A stretch of 64,000 bases of DNA from Hypanus sabinus (lineage: Eukaryota). Below the pieces are notes generated by a model. The model made no database searches, was not told where the DNA came from, and was given only the letters and a program-made list of their open reading frames with translations. The translations under genes and the position numbers were made by a program. Of the stretch, positions 12,671-25,258 are shown one piece after another. The first letter of the stretch is position 1; each line of letters starts with the position of its first letter. The DNA lies in NCBI RefSeq assembly GCF_030144855.1, contig NC_082709.1:103044001-103108000 (forward strand). Reading direction: 5' to 3'.

Positions 12671-15149
12671 CTAAGGGTAAAGAAATCAGTTACAGATTTG
12701 ACAAGTGAGTTTTCAGAAATGCACTGATTTAATACGTCATATCCTCAAAGTCTCAGCTAACCAAACACCTTTCAAAATATATCACAACTACTACACATGT
12801 CCACTTGTCATCGCATATTCAAGATCCAAAAGAGTATAATCCCATCAACATACTTGAGGTTTGTTGGCAGATGGATGTCGATCATATGGTCTTTTGTTTT
12901 ATTTAAGTAGCAAGCAGACAGATGGAGCATGTTACACAAGTTATGCAACTGCATTGGTGCCGTACGGTAGCCTAAACAAGTGGTCAAATTAAAACACATT
13001 AACTTTTTATTGCTGGAAAAAAAACAAAATACATTTTCAAATCTATTCCTTATGAAACATAAGAAATGCTGGCTAAAACAAATCAATGGACTACCTGGTT
13101 CACTGACAAAGGTAATCATGTAAAGCAAACTTTTTAAAAGAGAAATCACAGCTATCAGTCTAAAACAGACCCAGACGTGGTTAGGAAACCCCCACATCAA
13201 TATTTAATGGATGTGAAAAACACAAATGCAAATTCAACTATTAAAGAAAACTGTATTTTCCAAAGGAATTTTTAGGGAATTTTCTTGATGAACTGATTTC
13301 TATTCAGGAAGGAAACAACAATATCTTGTGCTGTGCAGTGTAACTAAACTGCAGCGTTTTTCACTGGAGAATGTTTAAAGAATGATTATATCAGGGTATG
13401 GTAAAAGAATAAGACACTACTGAATGAGAAGGAAATGTTGTTCAAGTGAACTGGAAACAAAAATAAGTAATCAAAGAAAGACAGCTTGGGTAGAAAACAG
13501 GCATGAATGCAAAAACTTTTATAAAAGACTAATTAACCTCTTGTTCTTGTAAGCTCAGCCACAACCTTAACTTCTAAATGGCTCAACCTTCCATCAAGTC
13601 AAGTCATCCTAGACATCAATGAAGGAGAATAGAGGGAGTCCAAAACTACAACATTGAGATATTAGACACAACATTTACAACACTCAAGAATATGGATATG
13701 GAAAAGGAAGCCATGACGATTTCGAGGTACGTAATTCATTAGAGAACTAGACTGTAGCACTGAGATCCAAAAGAAATAAGAGCCAGAGCACTAAAGATCA
13801 ACAGCTCCACCACAAAAGGAATAAATGTCTTTTAACTAAACATTGAAATGTAATGTAAAGAGTTAGAAATAAGCTTGTAAAGACAAAAGATGTGGTTGAG
13901 GTGGATAGACTTGCAACATACACTTTCTGGGTCAAAAGGTTTCCAGTTGTGTCATTGAATAATTCTGAAGGAGGAAATAATATGAAATGAATTTGCCATT
14001 TCAAAGCCCATTCTTCGGACTGTCTACTGATCTTGGAAACATTACCTCAGTGAAATTGTGGACTTTCTCATTCAAGCATAGGCAACTTTCAGGTGGAGCA
14101 AATCTGAAACTAATTTTCCATCACTTTGGTTCTACTGTTAAATACAAAGCATCCTAAACACAGAAGTTTCAAAGATCTTAGATAGAAAAACAGTCATTCA
14201 GAAATCTAATCCTGACTAGTCATGACTCTCTGCCCTAGTGATCCCAGTTTACACTAGGATTATTGAGTAAGAGACAAAATGTTTTTGTTAACATAAAATC
14301 CATTCAAAACATGTTAATCTTATAAACATTTTAATAGCTGGAACATATTTATCATAACCAATTGCTTCAATACTACAGATTTGTGAAGGGCATAACATGA
14401 ATGTAATTTTATATACAGGGAATGGAAGAATAAAATGGACCATGGACAGGCTGAAATATTTAATTTAATTCTGCACTGTGTTTGGCACCTGGGCTGAAGG
14501 ATCTGATCAGTATTTTTAAAGCCTAAGTTATCCTTTGCAAATGCACCCAAAATTCTATCAGGTCAGCTTCACGGGAGCAGGACCAGAAACAATACTTAAA
14601 GTCAATTAGGACAACATCTTCTGAATAAAGGGGGACGAGGTGGGTTTTCAAGGGTAAATTTGGGAGTTAAAAAAGAAAAGTGATTGTGCATGGTAACCAA
14701 ATGGAAAATGATCAAAGCAAGGAACAGTGTAAAAAAAAGAGTTCAAGGGCAAGGAGAATTGTAAATAGACACCCATTTCATGTTTTTTTTAAACTTGAAA
14801 GCATGTACCATTTGAAACAAAGCAGTGAATTGCTGCAACAAACAGAATCAAATGTGTATCTTCACTAGCAACTGGAGAGGTATACCTGGAATGTGACCAA
14901 AATAAGGGAGTACTGTACATACATACCCTGGGAAATCAACAGATCTCTTTTCTAGGCAAATCTACTAGACCATGACACAGGCGAGCCACACCTTGAGATT
15001 TGCTCCTCCAGTTTTAAAACAGGTACTTATATGGATTGGGGAGGTCCTCTTCAAAGCCCACTCGTGGGAAGAGGGGGGTATCCCCTCCTCCCCGGAGACC
15101 GGGAGGTTCCAGCAACACCGCAAGCTTTCTGCCCTTTCAGCGGTCAGTT

Positions 15150-15835
15150 TCCCCTGGGCCCGCACACCGAGAGGTGCAGGCGCATTGTGCCCGGGAGTTT
15201 TGGAAGGGGGAGGAAGACCCGCTCACCTTTAAGATGCCGGCACAGTTGTAGAGGTCGAGGCGCCGCGCCATGAAGGCGGCGCAAGCCTGCCTCACGTACT
15301 CGAGCTGCAGCATGTTGGCCGCCACGTACAGCTTCTGCACGCTGGCCTCGCACACGGTGACGCGGCCGGTGTAGCAGTAGTCGATGATGAGCGCCATCGA
15401 GTCCGAGTCCACGTCGTGGATGGTGACGCTCTGCTGTTTGCTCTCGAACAGGCCGCCCGTGAACATACTCCTGAAGTAGGGGCTGGCGGCTGCCAGCACG
15501 TTCCGGTTGCACAGGAAGCGACTGCCGCCGTCCACCTCCAGCGTTACATCCACCAGCAGCCGCGCATCGTAGAAGGACTTGAGCTCCCGGAGCAAAGCCC
15601 CAGCATAAGCCGCGTCCTCCAGCTGCTCGGGACCCGAAAGGCACTGCAGAGCCTCCATCTTGTCCAAGCCCGGTCCCGCAGTCCAAGCCCCGCCTCCTGC
15701 CCCCACCGAGTAGGCGGGCCTCTACCACACTTGACCAATCAGGCACTACCATGCGCGACCCTCCCGCTCCTTCATTGTCCCTTTTGAACGTCAATCATCT
15801 GATGTAATCGGCGGACCGGCGAAAGGCATTATTCG
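15150..15835 (-). promoter_or_regulatory. CpG island and TATA-less promoter of KBTBD7
   Basis: CpG-dense stretch in an otherwise CpG-poor window, covering exon 1. GC boxes at about 15688-15695 and 15712-15720, CCAAT at 15735-15739, CRE half-site CGTCA at about 15789-15793, TGATGTAAT at 15800-15808. Confidence 0.75.
15227..15658 (-). CDS. KBTBD7: KBTBD7 (KBTBD6/7 family) coding exon 1, BTB/POZ domain, 144 codons
   Basis: ATG at 15658 in strong Kozak context (GACAAGATGG). Translation MEALQCLSGPEQLEDAAYAGALLRELKSFYDARLLVDVTLEV...CNRNVLAAASPYFRSMFTGG...LARRLDLYNCAGILK closely resembles human KBTBD6/7 as I recall it. Ends at phase-0 donor AAG|GTGAGC. Confidence 0.95.
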
Positions 15836-16435
15836 TATTAACGCTCCTATACGCAAACAGATGCCGGACTGATAAGTTCCAGAATTTTCTCCAATTGAAA
15901 ATAGATAGAAAATTATAAAGTGATTCCATAAACACACTCTAAAATTGTCTAACTGGAATCATTACTATTAAGCTGGTTTTCCTGATTCATAGGACACAAC
16001 TTCTCTTAAGTGGATATTAATTGGTTCCTACAATCAAAAATCTAGGACGCTTGATTAAATCCAATTTATGAGATACGCTTTGCAATAAAAATGCTTCTTA
16101 AGTATTGATTTCAGTAGTACAGCTAAAATACTTAATGGTATCAGTAAGACCCATCTGTTACCTGACTCTCTCAATCCCCTACTTGCTGTCACGTTAGTGC
16201 AATGTATCCAAAGATCTCCGCCCAAAATATCAATTGTCTATTCCTTCCATTGATGCTAACTAATCTACTGAGTTCCTCCATCATTTTCTGTATTTTGTTC
16301 AGGATTTCTAGTATCTTCATAACACAATACAGTTTTCATCTCCATTTCTCCATGCTTTTTGAAGAATAATTTTTGTCCTATTTAAGTGAAGCTTTAATGG
16401 GATCCGAAAATGTATTATGGTTAACATTTCTTTCT

Positions 16436-17396
16436 GCAAATACGAGGAAATCTGCAGATGCTGGAAATTCAAGCAACACACACAAAATGCTGGTGGAACG
16501 CAGCAGGCCAGGCAGCATCTATAGGAAGAAGCACTGTCGACGTTTCGGGCCGAGACCCTTCGTCAGGACTAACCGAAAGGAAAAATAGTAAGAGATTTGA
16601 AAATAGGAGGGGGAGGGGAAATGCAAAATGATAGAAGACCGGAGGGGGTGGGGTGAAGCTGAGAGCCAGACAGGTGATTGGCAAAAGGGATACAAAGCTG
16701 GAGAAGGGAAAGGATCTTGGGACGAGAGGCCTAGGGAGAAAGAAAGGGGGAGGGGAGAACCAGAGGGAGATGGAGAGCAGGCAAAGTGATGGGCAGAGAG
16801 AGAAAGAAAAAAAGGGAGGGGAAAAACATCTAAATATATCAGGGATGGGCATTAACGGAAGTTAGCAAAGGCAATGTTCATGCCATCAGGTTGGAGGCTC
16901 CCCAGCTGGTATATAAGGTGTTGTTCCTCCAACCTGACTGAGGCTTCATCTTGACAGTAGAGGAGGCCATGGATAGACATATCAGAATGGGAATGGGACG
17001 TGGAATTAAAATGTGTGGCCACTGGAAGATCCTGCTTTCTCTGGTGGAAAGAGCGTAGGTGTTCAGCGAAACGGTCTCCCAGTCTGCATCGGGTCTCACC
17101 AATATATAAAAGGCCACACCGGGAGCACCGGACGCAGTATACCACACCAGCCGACTCACAGGTGAAGTGTCGCCTCACCTGGAAGGACTGTCTGGGGCCC
17201 TGAATGGTGGTGAGGGAGGAAGTGTAAGGGCAGGTGTAGCAGGTGTTCCGCTTGCAAGGATAAGTGCCAGGAGGGAGATTGGTGGGAAGGGATGGGGAGG
17301 ACGAGTGGACAAGGGAGTCGCGTAGGGAGCGATCCCTGCGGAAAGCAGAAAGTGGGGGGGAGGGAAAGATGTGCTTGGTAGTGGGATCCCGTTGGA
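16436..17396 (-). mobile_element. Penelope-like element (Neptune-type) 3' part: Cys-rich linker, GIY-YIG endonuclease and pseudo-LTR
   Basis: PCKRNTCYTC...GVVYCVRCSRCGLLYIGET..RLGDRFAEH..VATHFN..LEEQHLIYQLGSLQPDGMN; followed by a pyrimidine-rich tract and a hammerhead-containing pLTR. Confidence 0.93.
16535..16570 (-). ncRNA. Minimal type I hammerhead ribozyme
   Basis: AGTC-CTGACGA-A-GGG TCTCGG CCC-GAAA-C-GTC^GAC: intact core, 3-bp stem II and stem I, palindromic ACGT stem III. Confidence 0.8.
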
Positions 17397-17399
17397 TTT

Positions 17400-17870
17400 C
17401 TTTCTGCATTTTGTTTTGGAATTGTGAAGATGATGCCCCACCACTATTGGATCTGTTCTCTGCCACCATCAACCATTCTCATTTTTATCAAACTTTCCAT
17501 CGAACAGCGACAGAAGCAGCATCTGTCCCTTTCCCTTCCCGCAATCCAGGGGCTGAAAGTTCAAACAAATCACTTCATGAAGTGAAGTAGTAATTCACTT
17601 GCATATCTTCCAATCTCGTTTACTACATTTGGTGTTTATGATATGGTCCTCTCTCCACTGGAGAAACAAACACATATTGGATGACCATTTTGTCTGCATT
17701 TAATCTGCAGGAGCGTGCCCCATCCACTTCAATTCCCCTTTCTAGTGCTACTCTGATTCATTCATTTGTGGTCCCTTACATGGTTACAACTCGACTGGGA
17801 AACAACTTCTCTTTCACCCTGGAATGTTGAAGTCTTCCTTACTTAAATCTGCAACTTCTGGTAACTCGAT
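17400..17870 (+). mobile_element. Old Penelope GIY-YIG fragment; probable 3' end at about 20620-20825, after the CR1 insertion
   Basis: Degraded FTC..SNLVYYI..TGET motif. The pLTR-like sequence with a decayed hammerhead lies at 20730-20825. Confidence 0.6.
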
Positions 17871-18045
17871 GCCTCTATCAGATCTGGCCACTTCTAGTGA
17901 AATTTTCTGACTGTAATTTTGCTCAGTTTTTCCTCCCTCCGGTCGTGGTGCCTGAAATACTGAGTATATTCTACAGCACAACGTTTTACAATATTTAACA
18001 CTTCTCTGTTTATAACTCATTAACTGCCACCATTAACCCCTCAAC

Positions 18046-20620
18046 AAGTATGAAGTTGTGGCCATCTCTGAAACTTGGCTAAAGGATGGCTGTAACTGGG
18101 AGCTGAACGTCCAAGTTTATACGGTGTATCGGAAAGATAGGTTAGTAGGCAGAGGGGGTGGTGTGGCCCTGTGTATTAGAAATAATATTAAAACATTAGG
18201 AAGGGATAACATAGGATTGGAAGGTGTAGAGCCTGTATGGGTTGAGTTAAGAAATGGCAGGGGTAAAAGGACCCTAATGGCAGTTGTATGCAGGCCTCCA
18301 AACAGCAGCCGGGATGTGGATTACAAATTACAGCAGGAGATAAAAAAGGTGTGCAAAACAGCAATGTCATGATAATTGTTGGGGATTTTAATATGAAAGT
18401 GGATTGGGAAAACCAGGCCAGAACTCGACCTCAAGAGAAAATTTGTAGAATGTCTAAGGGATGGTTATTGAGAATGGTTATTGTTGAGCCCACTCGGGGA
18501 TCGGCTGTGCTGAATTGGGTGTTGAGTGTGTTAAGGAACCCTTAGGGAACAGTGGTCACAATATGATTGAATTCACTTTGAAATTTGAGAAGGAGTAACT
18601 AAATTCCAATGTGTCGGTATTTCAGTAGAATAAAGGAAATTACAAAGGCATGAGAGGGGAACTGGCCAAGCGGTTGACAAGTCAGAGCCAAAGTAAAAGC
18701 AGAACAGAGGGCCTACAAGGAAGCCAAAGCTAGAGGAAAGATAGAGGATAGGGAAGTTTTTAATAACTTGCATGAAGGAAACTAAGGAAGTCATCAGGAA
18801 GGGAAAGGTGAATTATGAAAGGCAGCTGGTGATTAATATCAAAGAAGATACTAAAAGCTTTTTTAAGTATATAAAGGGTAAAAGAGAGTCAAGGGTAGAT
18901 ATAGGACCAATAGAAAATGACACTGAAGATATTGTAATGAGATAGCAGAGGAACTGAATGTGTATTTAGCGTCAGTCTTCACAGTGGAAGACATCTGCAG
19001 TATACCAGACATTCAAGAGTGTCGGGGAAATGAAGTTTGTTCAGTGAAAATTACGACTGAGAAGGTGCTCAGGAAGCTTAATGGTCTGAGGGTGGGTAAA
19101 TCTCCTGGACCTGATGGAATGCACCCTGGGGTTCTGAAGATAGTAGATGGACAGATTGCGGAGACATTAACAATGATCCTTCAAGAGTCGATAGATTCTG
19201 GCATTGTACCAGATGACTGGAAAATTGCAAATTTTACTCTGCTATTTAAGAAGGGTGGGAGGCAGCAGAAAGGAAACTACAGACCTGTTAGCCTAACATT
19301 AGCAGTTGGGAAGTTGTTGGAATCGATTGTTAGGGATTAAATTACAGAGTTCCTGGAGACAAATGACAAAATAGGTCAAAGCCAGCATGGTTTCCTGAAA
19401 GGAACATCCTGCCTGACTAACCTACTGCAATATTTTGAGGAAATTACAAGCAGGGTAGAGAAAGGAGATGCAGTGGATGTGGTGTACTTGGATTTTCAGA
19501 AGGCCTTTGACAAGGTGCCACACATGAAGCTGCTTAGCAAGATAAGATCCCATGGAATTACAGGGAAGTTATTAGCATGGGTGGAGCATATCAGTGGTTC
19601 CACAAGGGTTGTTGTTGGGACTGCTGGTTTTTACGATGTATGTCAATAATTTGGACTATGGGATTAATGGATTTGTGGCTAAGTTTGCTGATGAATCAAA
19701 GATAGGTGGAGGAGTAGGTAGTGTTGAGGAAACTGAGAGCCTGCAGAGAGACTTAGATAGTTTAGGGGAATGGGCAAAGAAGTGGCAAATGAAATACAAT
19801 GTTGAAAAGTGTATGGTCATCCACTCTGGTGGAAGAAATAAATGGGCAGACTATTATTTAGATGGAGAGAGAATTCAAAATGCAGAGATGCAAAGGAACT
19901 TGGGAGTCCTTGTGCAGGATACCCTAAAGGTTGACCTCCAGGTTGAGTCAGTGGCGAAGAAGACGAATGCAATGTTAGCATTCATTTTTAGAGGTATAGA
20001 ATCTAAGAGGAGGGATGTGATGTTAAGGTTCTAAAAGGCACTTGTGAGACCACACAGAGTGTTGTGTGCTGTTTTGGGGTCCTTATTTTAGGAAGGATAT
20101 ACTGACATTGGAAAGGGCTCAGAGAAAATTCACAAGAATGATTCCAGTAATGAAAGGGTTACCATATGAGGAACATCTGGCAGCTCTTGGGCTGTATTCC
20201 CTGGAGTTCAGGAGAATGAGGGAGGATCTCATAGAAACATTCTGAATGTTAAAAGGCCTGAACAGATTAGATATGGCAAAGTTACTTCCCATGGTAGGGG
20301 AGTGTAGGACAAGAAGGCATGACTTTAGGATTGAAGGATGTCCACTTAGAACAAATATGCAGACCAATTATTTTAGTCAGAGTGTGGAAAATCTATTTGT
20401 TGCCACAAGCAGCTGTGGAGGCCGTCATTGGGTGCATTTAAGGCAGAGATAGATAGAGTCTTGATTAGCCAGAACATCAAAGGGCATGGGGAGAAGGCAG
20501 AGGAGTGGGGATGACTGGAAGAATTGGATCAGCGCAATGGTGGAGCAGACTCGATGGACTGAATGGCCTACTTCTGCTTTTATATCTTATGGTCTTATAA
20601 TCACTTAACCTCACTACAAC
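18046..20620 (+). mobile_element. Decayed CR1 LINE (EN and RT) with 3' tail
   Basis: AISETWL, KSPGPDGMHP, GNYRPVSLT and KFADE motifs; ends in TCTTATGGTCTTAT. Confidence 0.93.
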
Positions 20621-21903
20621 CTTGGAAAATCCTGGTCTCTCATTACCATACATATTACCTTTATCCTATCTATTCCTCCCCTCACCCTCTCTGCAACTTA
20701 AATGTAACTTGTTTTTTTTCTCTCATAATCAGTTCTGATGGCTCTCAGACATAAAGTGTTAATTGTGCTTTCTTTCCATAGGTGCCGCCCGACCTGCTGA
20801 ATGTTTTTTTAGTATTTTCTGCTTTTCCTTATACCAACGAAAAGACCAAAATACTGTATCTGAATAATTATTTTAATATATTTGGAAGGACACATTAGAA
20901 AAGGAAGCTGAAATACAGTTTAAAATACTTTAAGGTAGACTTTTAAATGTAAACAGTTTGCAAGTTGAAAAAGTATTCTCTGTTCATGAATAAAATTTAC
21001 CCAAGGACACAGTTTACAGTATCTGTAATCTCCTTAGTCTGATTTTATGTGAAATTTTAGTACGGTAGAAACTTTTCAAGGTGCTGATCAACTCAAAGTT
21101 CTTCCCATTAAATTAACTCTTCAGTGATGATTGCTGAATCAATGCTAGCTGGACTAATTATGTTGTGCAGAGCCTTATAAGAACTAAACTGGACAATTAG
21201 AAAGAGGGAGGTTGGCATCAATCATTGTCACAGACATGATTTCTTTGTATTACAAAACAGGAGGTTTGGTGGATAGTTTGCATGAATATCCTTTATGTGC
21301 TGTAACTATACCAATGACTGATACAATTTAAGAACACATCATCATCGGAGTATAATTTGACCTCACCTTCTGTATGACAGAAGAAGCAAAGTGCGTTTTT
21401 AATACAGTAGCTAACTGTACTATGGAAACTATAGCTACAATTACAGGATTATCATGGTCAGCGTACTGTATATTGTGTATAGAAACAAATTGTACAAATA
21501 CTTGCAGAAGTTCATTCCAGCAAGAAGGAATGCAGTGTTCTCTGACCAATAATACTCCTTGTTTCTCCCCAGTACTTATTTCAAGAGGACGACAAATGGA
21601 TTTTGGGGGAACATGCTGTCAAAAGGAGATAATTTTTAATGTTGAGGAAAACTTGAAAGAGGAACTATTATGTGTGTAAATTAGTTTTCTTACTCTATAG
21701 CTCTTGAACCAGAGCACTGAAAGCAGATAAACAATGGTTAGATCAGGTTCAGAGATGTTATTATCATTTGCCCTTGAGAAGTGGAGAAGTACGGAATGAC
21801 ATTACTCACAAAAAGTTAATTACTTAATATAATGATATATAGGATTGTGGAATTAATGTAAGATTACATCCCTGAGAAAGGATTATATCCATATTTTGGT
21901 CTA

Positions 21904-22357
21904 CAGGTTGAAACTCTCCAGTCTGGCACCCTTGGGAGCGGACCACAGAAATTGCCCAGAGAATCCCTAACCCCTATGCATGCCTAACGCATGCCTAGCC
22001 CCTGGCTATGCCAGTTCATTCACCATAGACTTTGTGGCCTTGCAGCTGCAACAACCAATGAAAGAGGTTGTTCTTTTAGTTTCCAAAGCAAATCTCTTAA
22101 GTGGCCTCCTGTTGCGCATCAGTGCTTGCATACATTGTCCTGGGTAAACTAGTTCAATTGTCTACATATACCTTGTGTTTATTTCTTTTTCCACATAAAT
22201 TCTGTAAGAACACATTTTAATCCTGTATCACAGAATCTGCTAATACAAGTTGCTAGCCATCCCTGTGGCCATTATGCAAACTAATGGCTTCAGATAAAAA
22301 CAACCTGCCAGACCCTATTAGTTGCTGGATCATTGAAGATCAGAGAGTTTCAACCTG
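21904..22357. mobile_element. Non-autonomous Tc1/mariner (Tigger/pogo-like) MITE
   Basis: Perfect 15-bp TIR CAGGTTGAAACTCTC / GAGAGTTTCAACCTG, flanked by TA on both sides. Confidence 0.85.
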
Positions 22358-22849
22358 TAACACAATTAATATTGATCTTTACTTTGTTAATAATAATGCG
22401 TGCAAAGTATAAAACACAGCAGTTAAAGCAAATAATTAGCTAAATATGTTATTATTAATCACAGTATAAATGAATAATGACAGTGAAAGGTGTAAATGGG
22501 TATTCTACAATAATATATGGTTTGCTAGTGCATTTAGAATGATAATTCTATCCAGGATAAATGCTTTAATATATAAATGATGTATTACGTACACTTCTAA
22601 TCCATGTAATCAGTTGAATGTAGAGTAGCTTGTTTGGGTTGACTGTCTGAAGAACAAGAAGATTACAATATAATTCTTTCAAGCAAGTACTTCAGACTCA
22701 AATGGATGAGTGGGGGGTGTGAGGAACTTACAAAGGTTTTTGGTGACTTACTAAATCTCCACGGACTCATAACAAAGTCCTGCCTTTTTCATGTTTGTAT
22801 CAATGTATTGGGCCCAAAATAGACTCATCTTATATAAGCCACACAGTTA

Positions 22850-24060
22850 TGTACAGTGAGATTAGGGCAGTGGGCTCAGCACACATCATTGAGGTACACC
22901 AGTGTTGATTGTCTGTGAGGAGGCGATGATCAACACTGACTATGGTTACCCTATAAGAAAGTCGAGGATCCAGTTGCAGAGAGAGGTACAGAGACTTGCT
23001 GTTTATTACTGTGGAGCTGATGGTGTTGACCGTCTAGCTCAGTGGTTCCCAACCTTTTTTTGGCCATGCCCCACCTAATCCCCTCTAAAATCCTGATGCC
23101 CCCTGTGATGATATATAATTCTTATTATTCAAAAAGTGAACTCCTATTCACCTGGAGGAAGCCTAAAAGACCAATAACTTGGTTTAAACAAGCTTCCAAA
23201 GAACATGGCATTCATGCCATGCCGGTTAACTGTCGGCTAACTATTACTTGGATTGCACTACTTGTATGTATAATCTATATTTTCATCTATATTTATCATT
23301 ATTATTGTTATGAGCAGAGAGACAACATCTGCCGGAAGTAAATCTGCCGAGAACAGAAAGCTACTGCGAAAAGCAGCATTGGCGCAACCTCGTATGAGTT
23401 TCTTACGCGTTTGGACTTGTTCATTCGTTCCTTCCTACATCAGTCAATTTGTTAATTTAATTATGAAAGCCATTTGATGGTTGTAATGATGGTGATACAC
23501 TATATATACAGTACATATGCAATTACACATGTACATACAAGTATTTTATGTATGCATACTGTATATACACATGTGTATTAACTCGCACACACACTCATAC
23601 TCACACAGACTTACTAGAAAAAATTCACTGTTAATAAATCATTCTTGAATTGCCCCCCTTAAAAATCAAATTACCCCACGTTGGGAACCACTGGTCTAGC
23701 TGCAGTTAATAAACAGCAGCGTGAGGTTTTGCTCGCTGTTGTCTAGGTGATACAAAACCAAGTAGAGAGCCAATGTGGTTATGTCCACTGTAGACTTACT
23801 GTAGCACTAGGCAAATTGCAATGGGTCCAGGCCCTTGTTGAGGCAGGAGTCGATTCTGATCATGACCAACCTCTCAAAGCACTTCATCACACTGGACATG
23901 AGTGTTACCTGGCAAAAGCAGTTGAGGCAGCTCACCCTTGCGTGCAGTATGATTCCTGCCCTCTTGAATCGTGGGAACCTTTGACTGCAGCAGTGAGAGC
24001 TTGCAGATGTCCTTGAACACTCCAGCCAGCTGGTCAGCGCAGCCCGCCACGTACACCACT
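22850..24060 (-). mobile_element. Rex1/Babar-type LINE RT fragment, split by the hAT element
   Basis: CADQLAGVFKDI and VTLMSSVMKCFERLV..LDPLQFA motifs. Confidence 0.8.
23040..23693. mobile_element. Non-autonomous hAT (Charlie-like) element
   Basis: Perfect 14-bp TIR CAGTGGTTCCCAAC / GTTGGGAACCACTG and perfect 8-bp TSD GTCTAGCT at 23032-23039 and 23694-23701. Confidence 0.92.
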
Positions 24061-25004
24061 GGGTTTGATGCCTTCCATGGCTTCTGTACCAGCTGCTTAA
24101 TTTCCCTAACTCCTTTTTGCCTTTTGCTTTTATGTCTACTTCAAAATTATTGATGGAATTTGGCTGAACGTGTACCAATCTCCAAATTAATGTATCTCAT
24201 TTTCAGAGATGTTCTCAGTTAATTTTAATCACTTCTTTGTTTATTCATCCACTTTGGAGAGGGATACATTTTATTTAACTGCTCCTCCAGCCTCCCAAAA
24301 GAGGCTTTGAGTTGCATCACTGTCCTTGCAGAGTTAAGCAATACGACACAGCCCGGAATTGCTGCCAAAGCTTCCTTGAGGAAAAGTGGGGATAAACCGG
24401 TTCATGGCTGATTCAAATAATGATCAAGGATCCTGATCACACTGCCAGTTGGAAATCTTTCTTCTTAGGCAATCTCCTGAGACTGAAGGAGAGGCTTCCA
24501 GTCTAGTTCTATAGATTCTAAATGAGGCTAATACAGGAGTGCCAGATTTTTCTACAGATGTTATATGTCCTCCTTCTTCAGTGACTCCAGATTCTTAATA
24601 ACATTCTGAATGCTCCTTCTCTACTTTGAGACACAGATTTCCAGGAGTCAAAAGGGATGCTGCGTTTTTTCCAAGCAATCGATCAACGTATACCTGGACC
24701 TTTTACTGTGTCTTCTTGTAACACAGTTTGGAATAGGTTGTGTTTGGGGCATGGGCTTTGCAGCAGCGTTGGCCAAGTGTTGCATGCTGGGGATGTTGCT
24801 TTTGCAACATCACACGTAAAGACTTCATAGTCACATGGTGCTTTGAAAGAAGCCAAAGAGCTCCTGATGCAGGGTCCCAAACCAAAATATTCTCCATTTC
24901 TTTACCTCTGCAGATGCTGCTCGAGTTCCTGTAGCAGTTTGTTTGATAGCTCAAATACCTTTTATCATTGTTTTGTTGGTGCAAGCACTATTTATAGGAT
25001 GACT

Positions 25005-25258
25005 CTGCTCAACGATTCAAGAACAGCTCCTTCTGCTCTGCAACCCAATACTGAAATTATATTGAACCCATGGACCCTACCTCACTACCTTTTTTATTTC
25101 TATTTATTTGCCCTACTTACTTAATTTAACTATTTGATAAATAAATGTATGTACCTACTGTAATTCAGTTCTTTTCTCTCTATTATCATGTATTGGCACT
25201 AAGTTAACAAATTTCACAACATTTGCCAGTGATATTAAACCCGATTCCGATTCTGATT
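25005..25258 (+). mobile_element. Rex/Babar-type LINE 3' end
   Basis: ACAAATTTCACAACATTTGCCAGTGATATTAAACC followed by a (GATTCT)n-like tail; related to 3125-3300 and 54780-54965. Confidence 0.6.

Noticed and set aside
15144-15794. Overlapping 216-aa, 123-aa and other ORFs around KBTBD7 exon 1, and the GTG-initiated N-terminal extension from 15706
   Set aside because: These are stop-poor shadow frames of a GC-rich exon. The ATG at 15658 has a strong Kozak context and homology starts just after it.
20730-20770. Additional hammerhead-like motifs here and at about 7003-7025, 16210-16235 and 36285-36320
   Set aside because: The catalytic core nucleotides are mutated, so they are not called as functional ribozymes.
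23495-23610. (TA)/(CA)-rich repeats as an array
   Set aside because: Low-complexity microsatellite-like sequence inside the hAT element. There is no repeat-spacer structure, and the context is eukaryotic, so not CRISPR.
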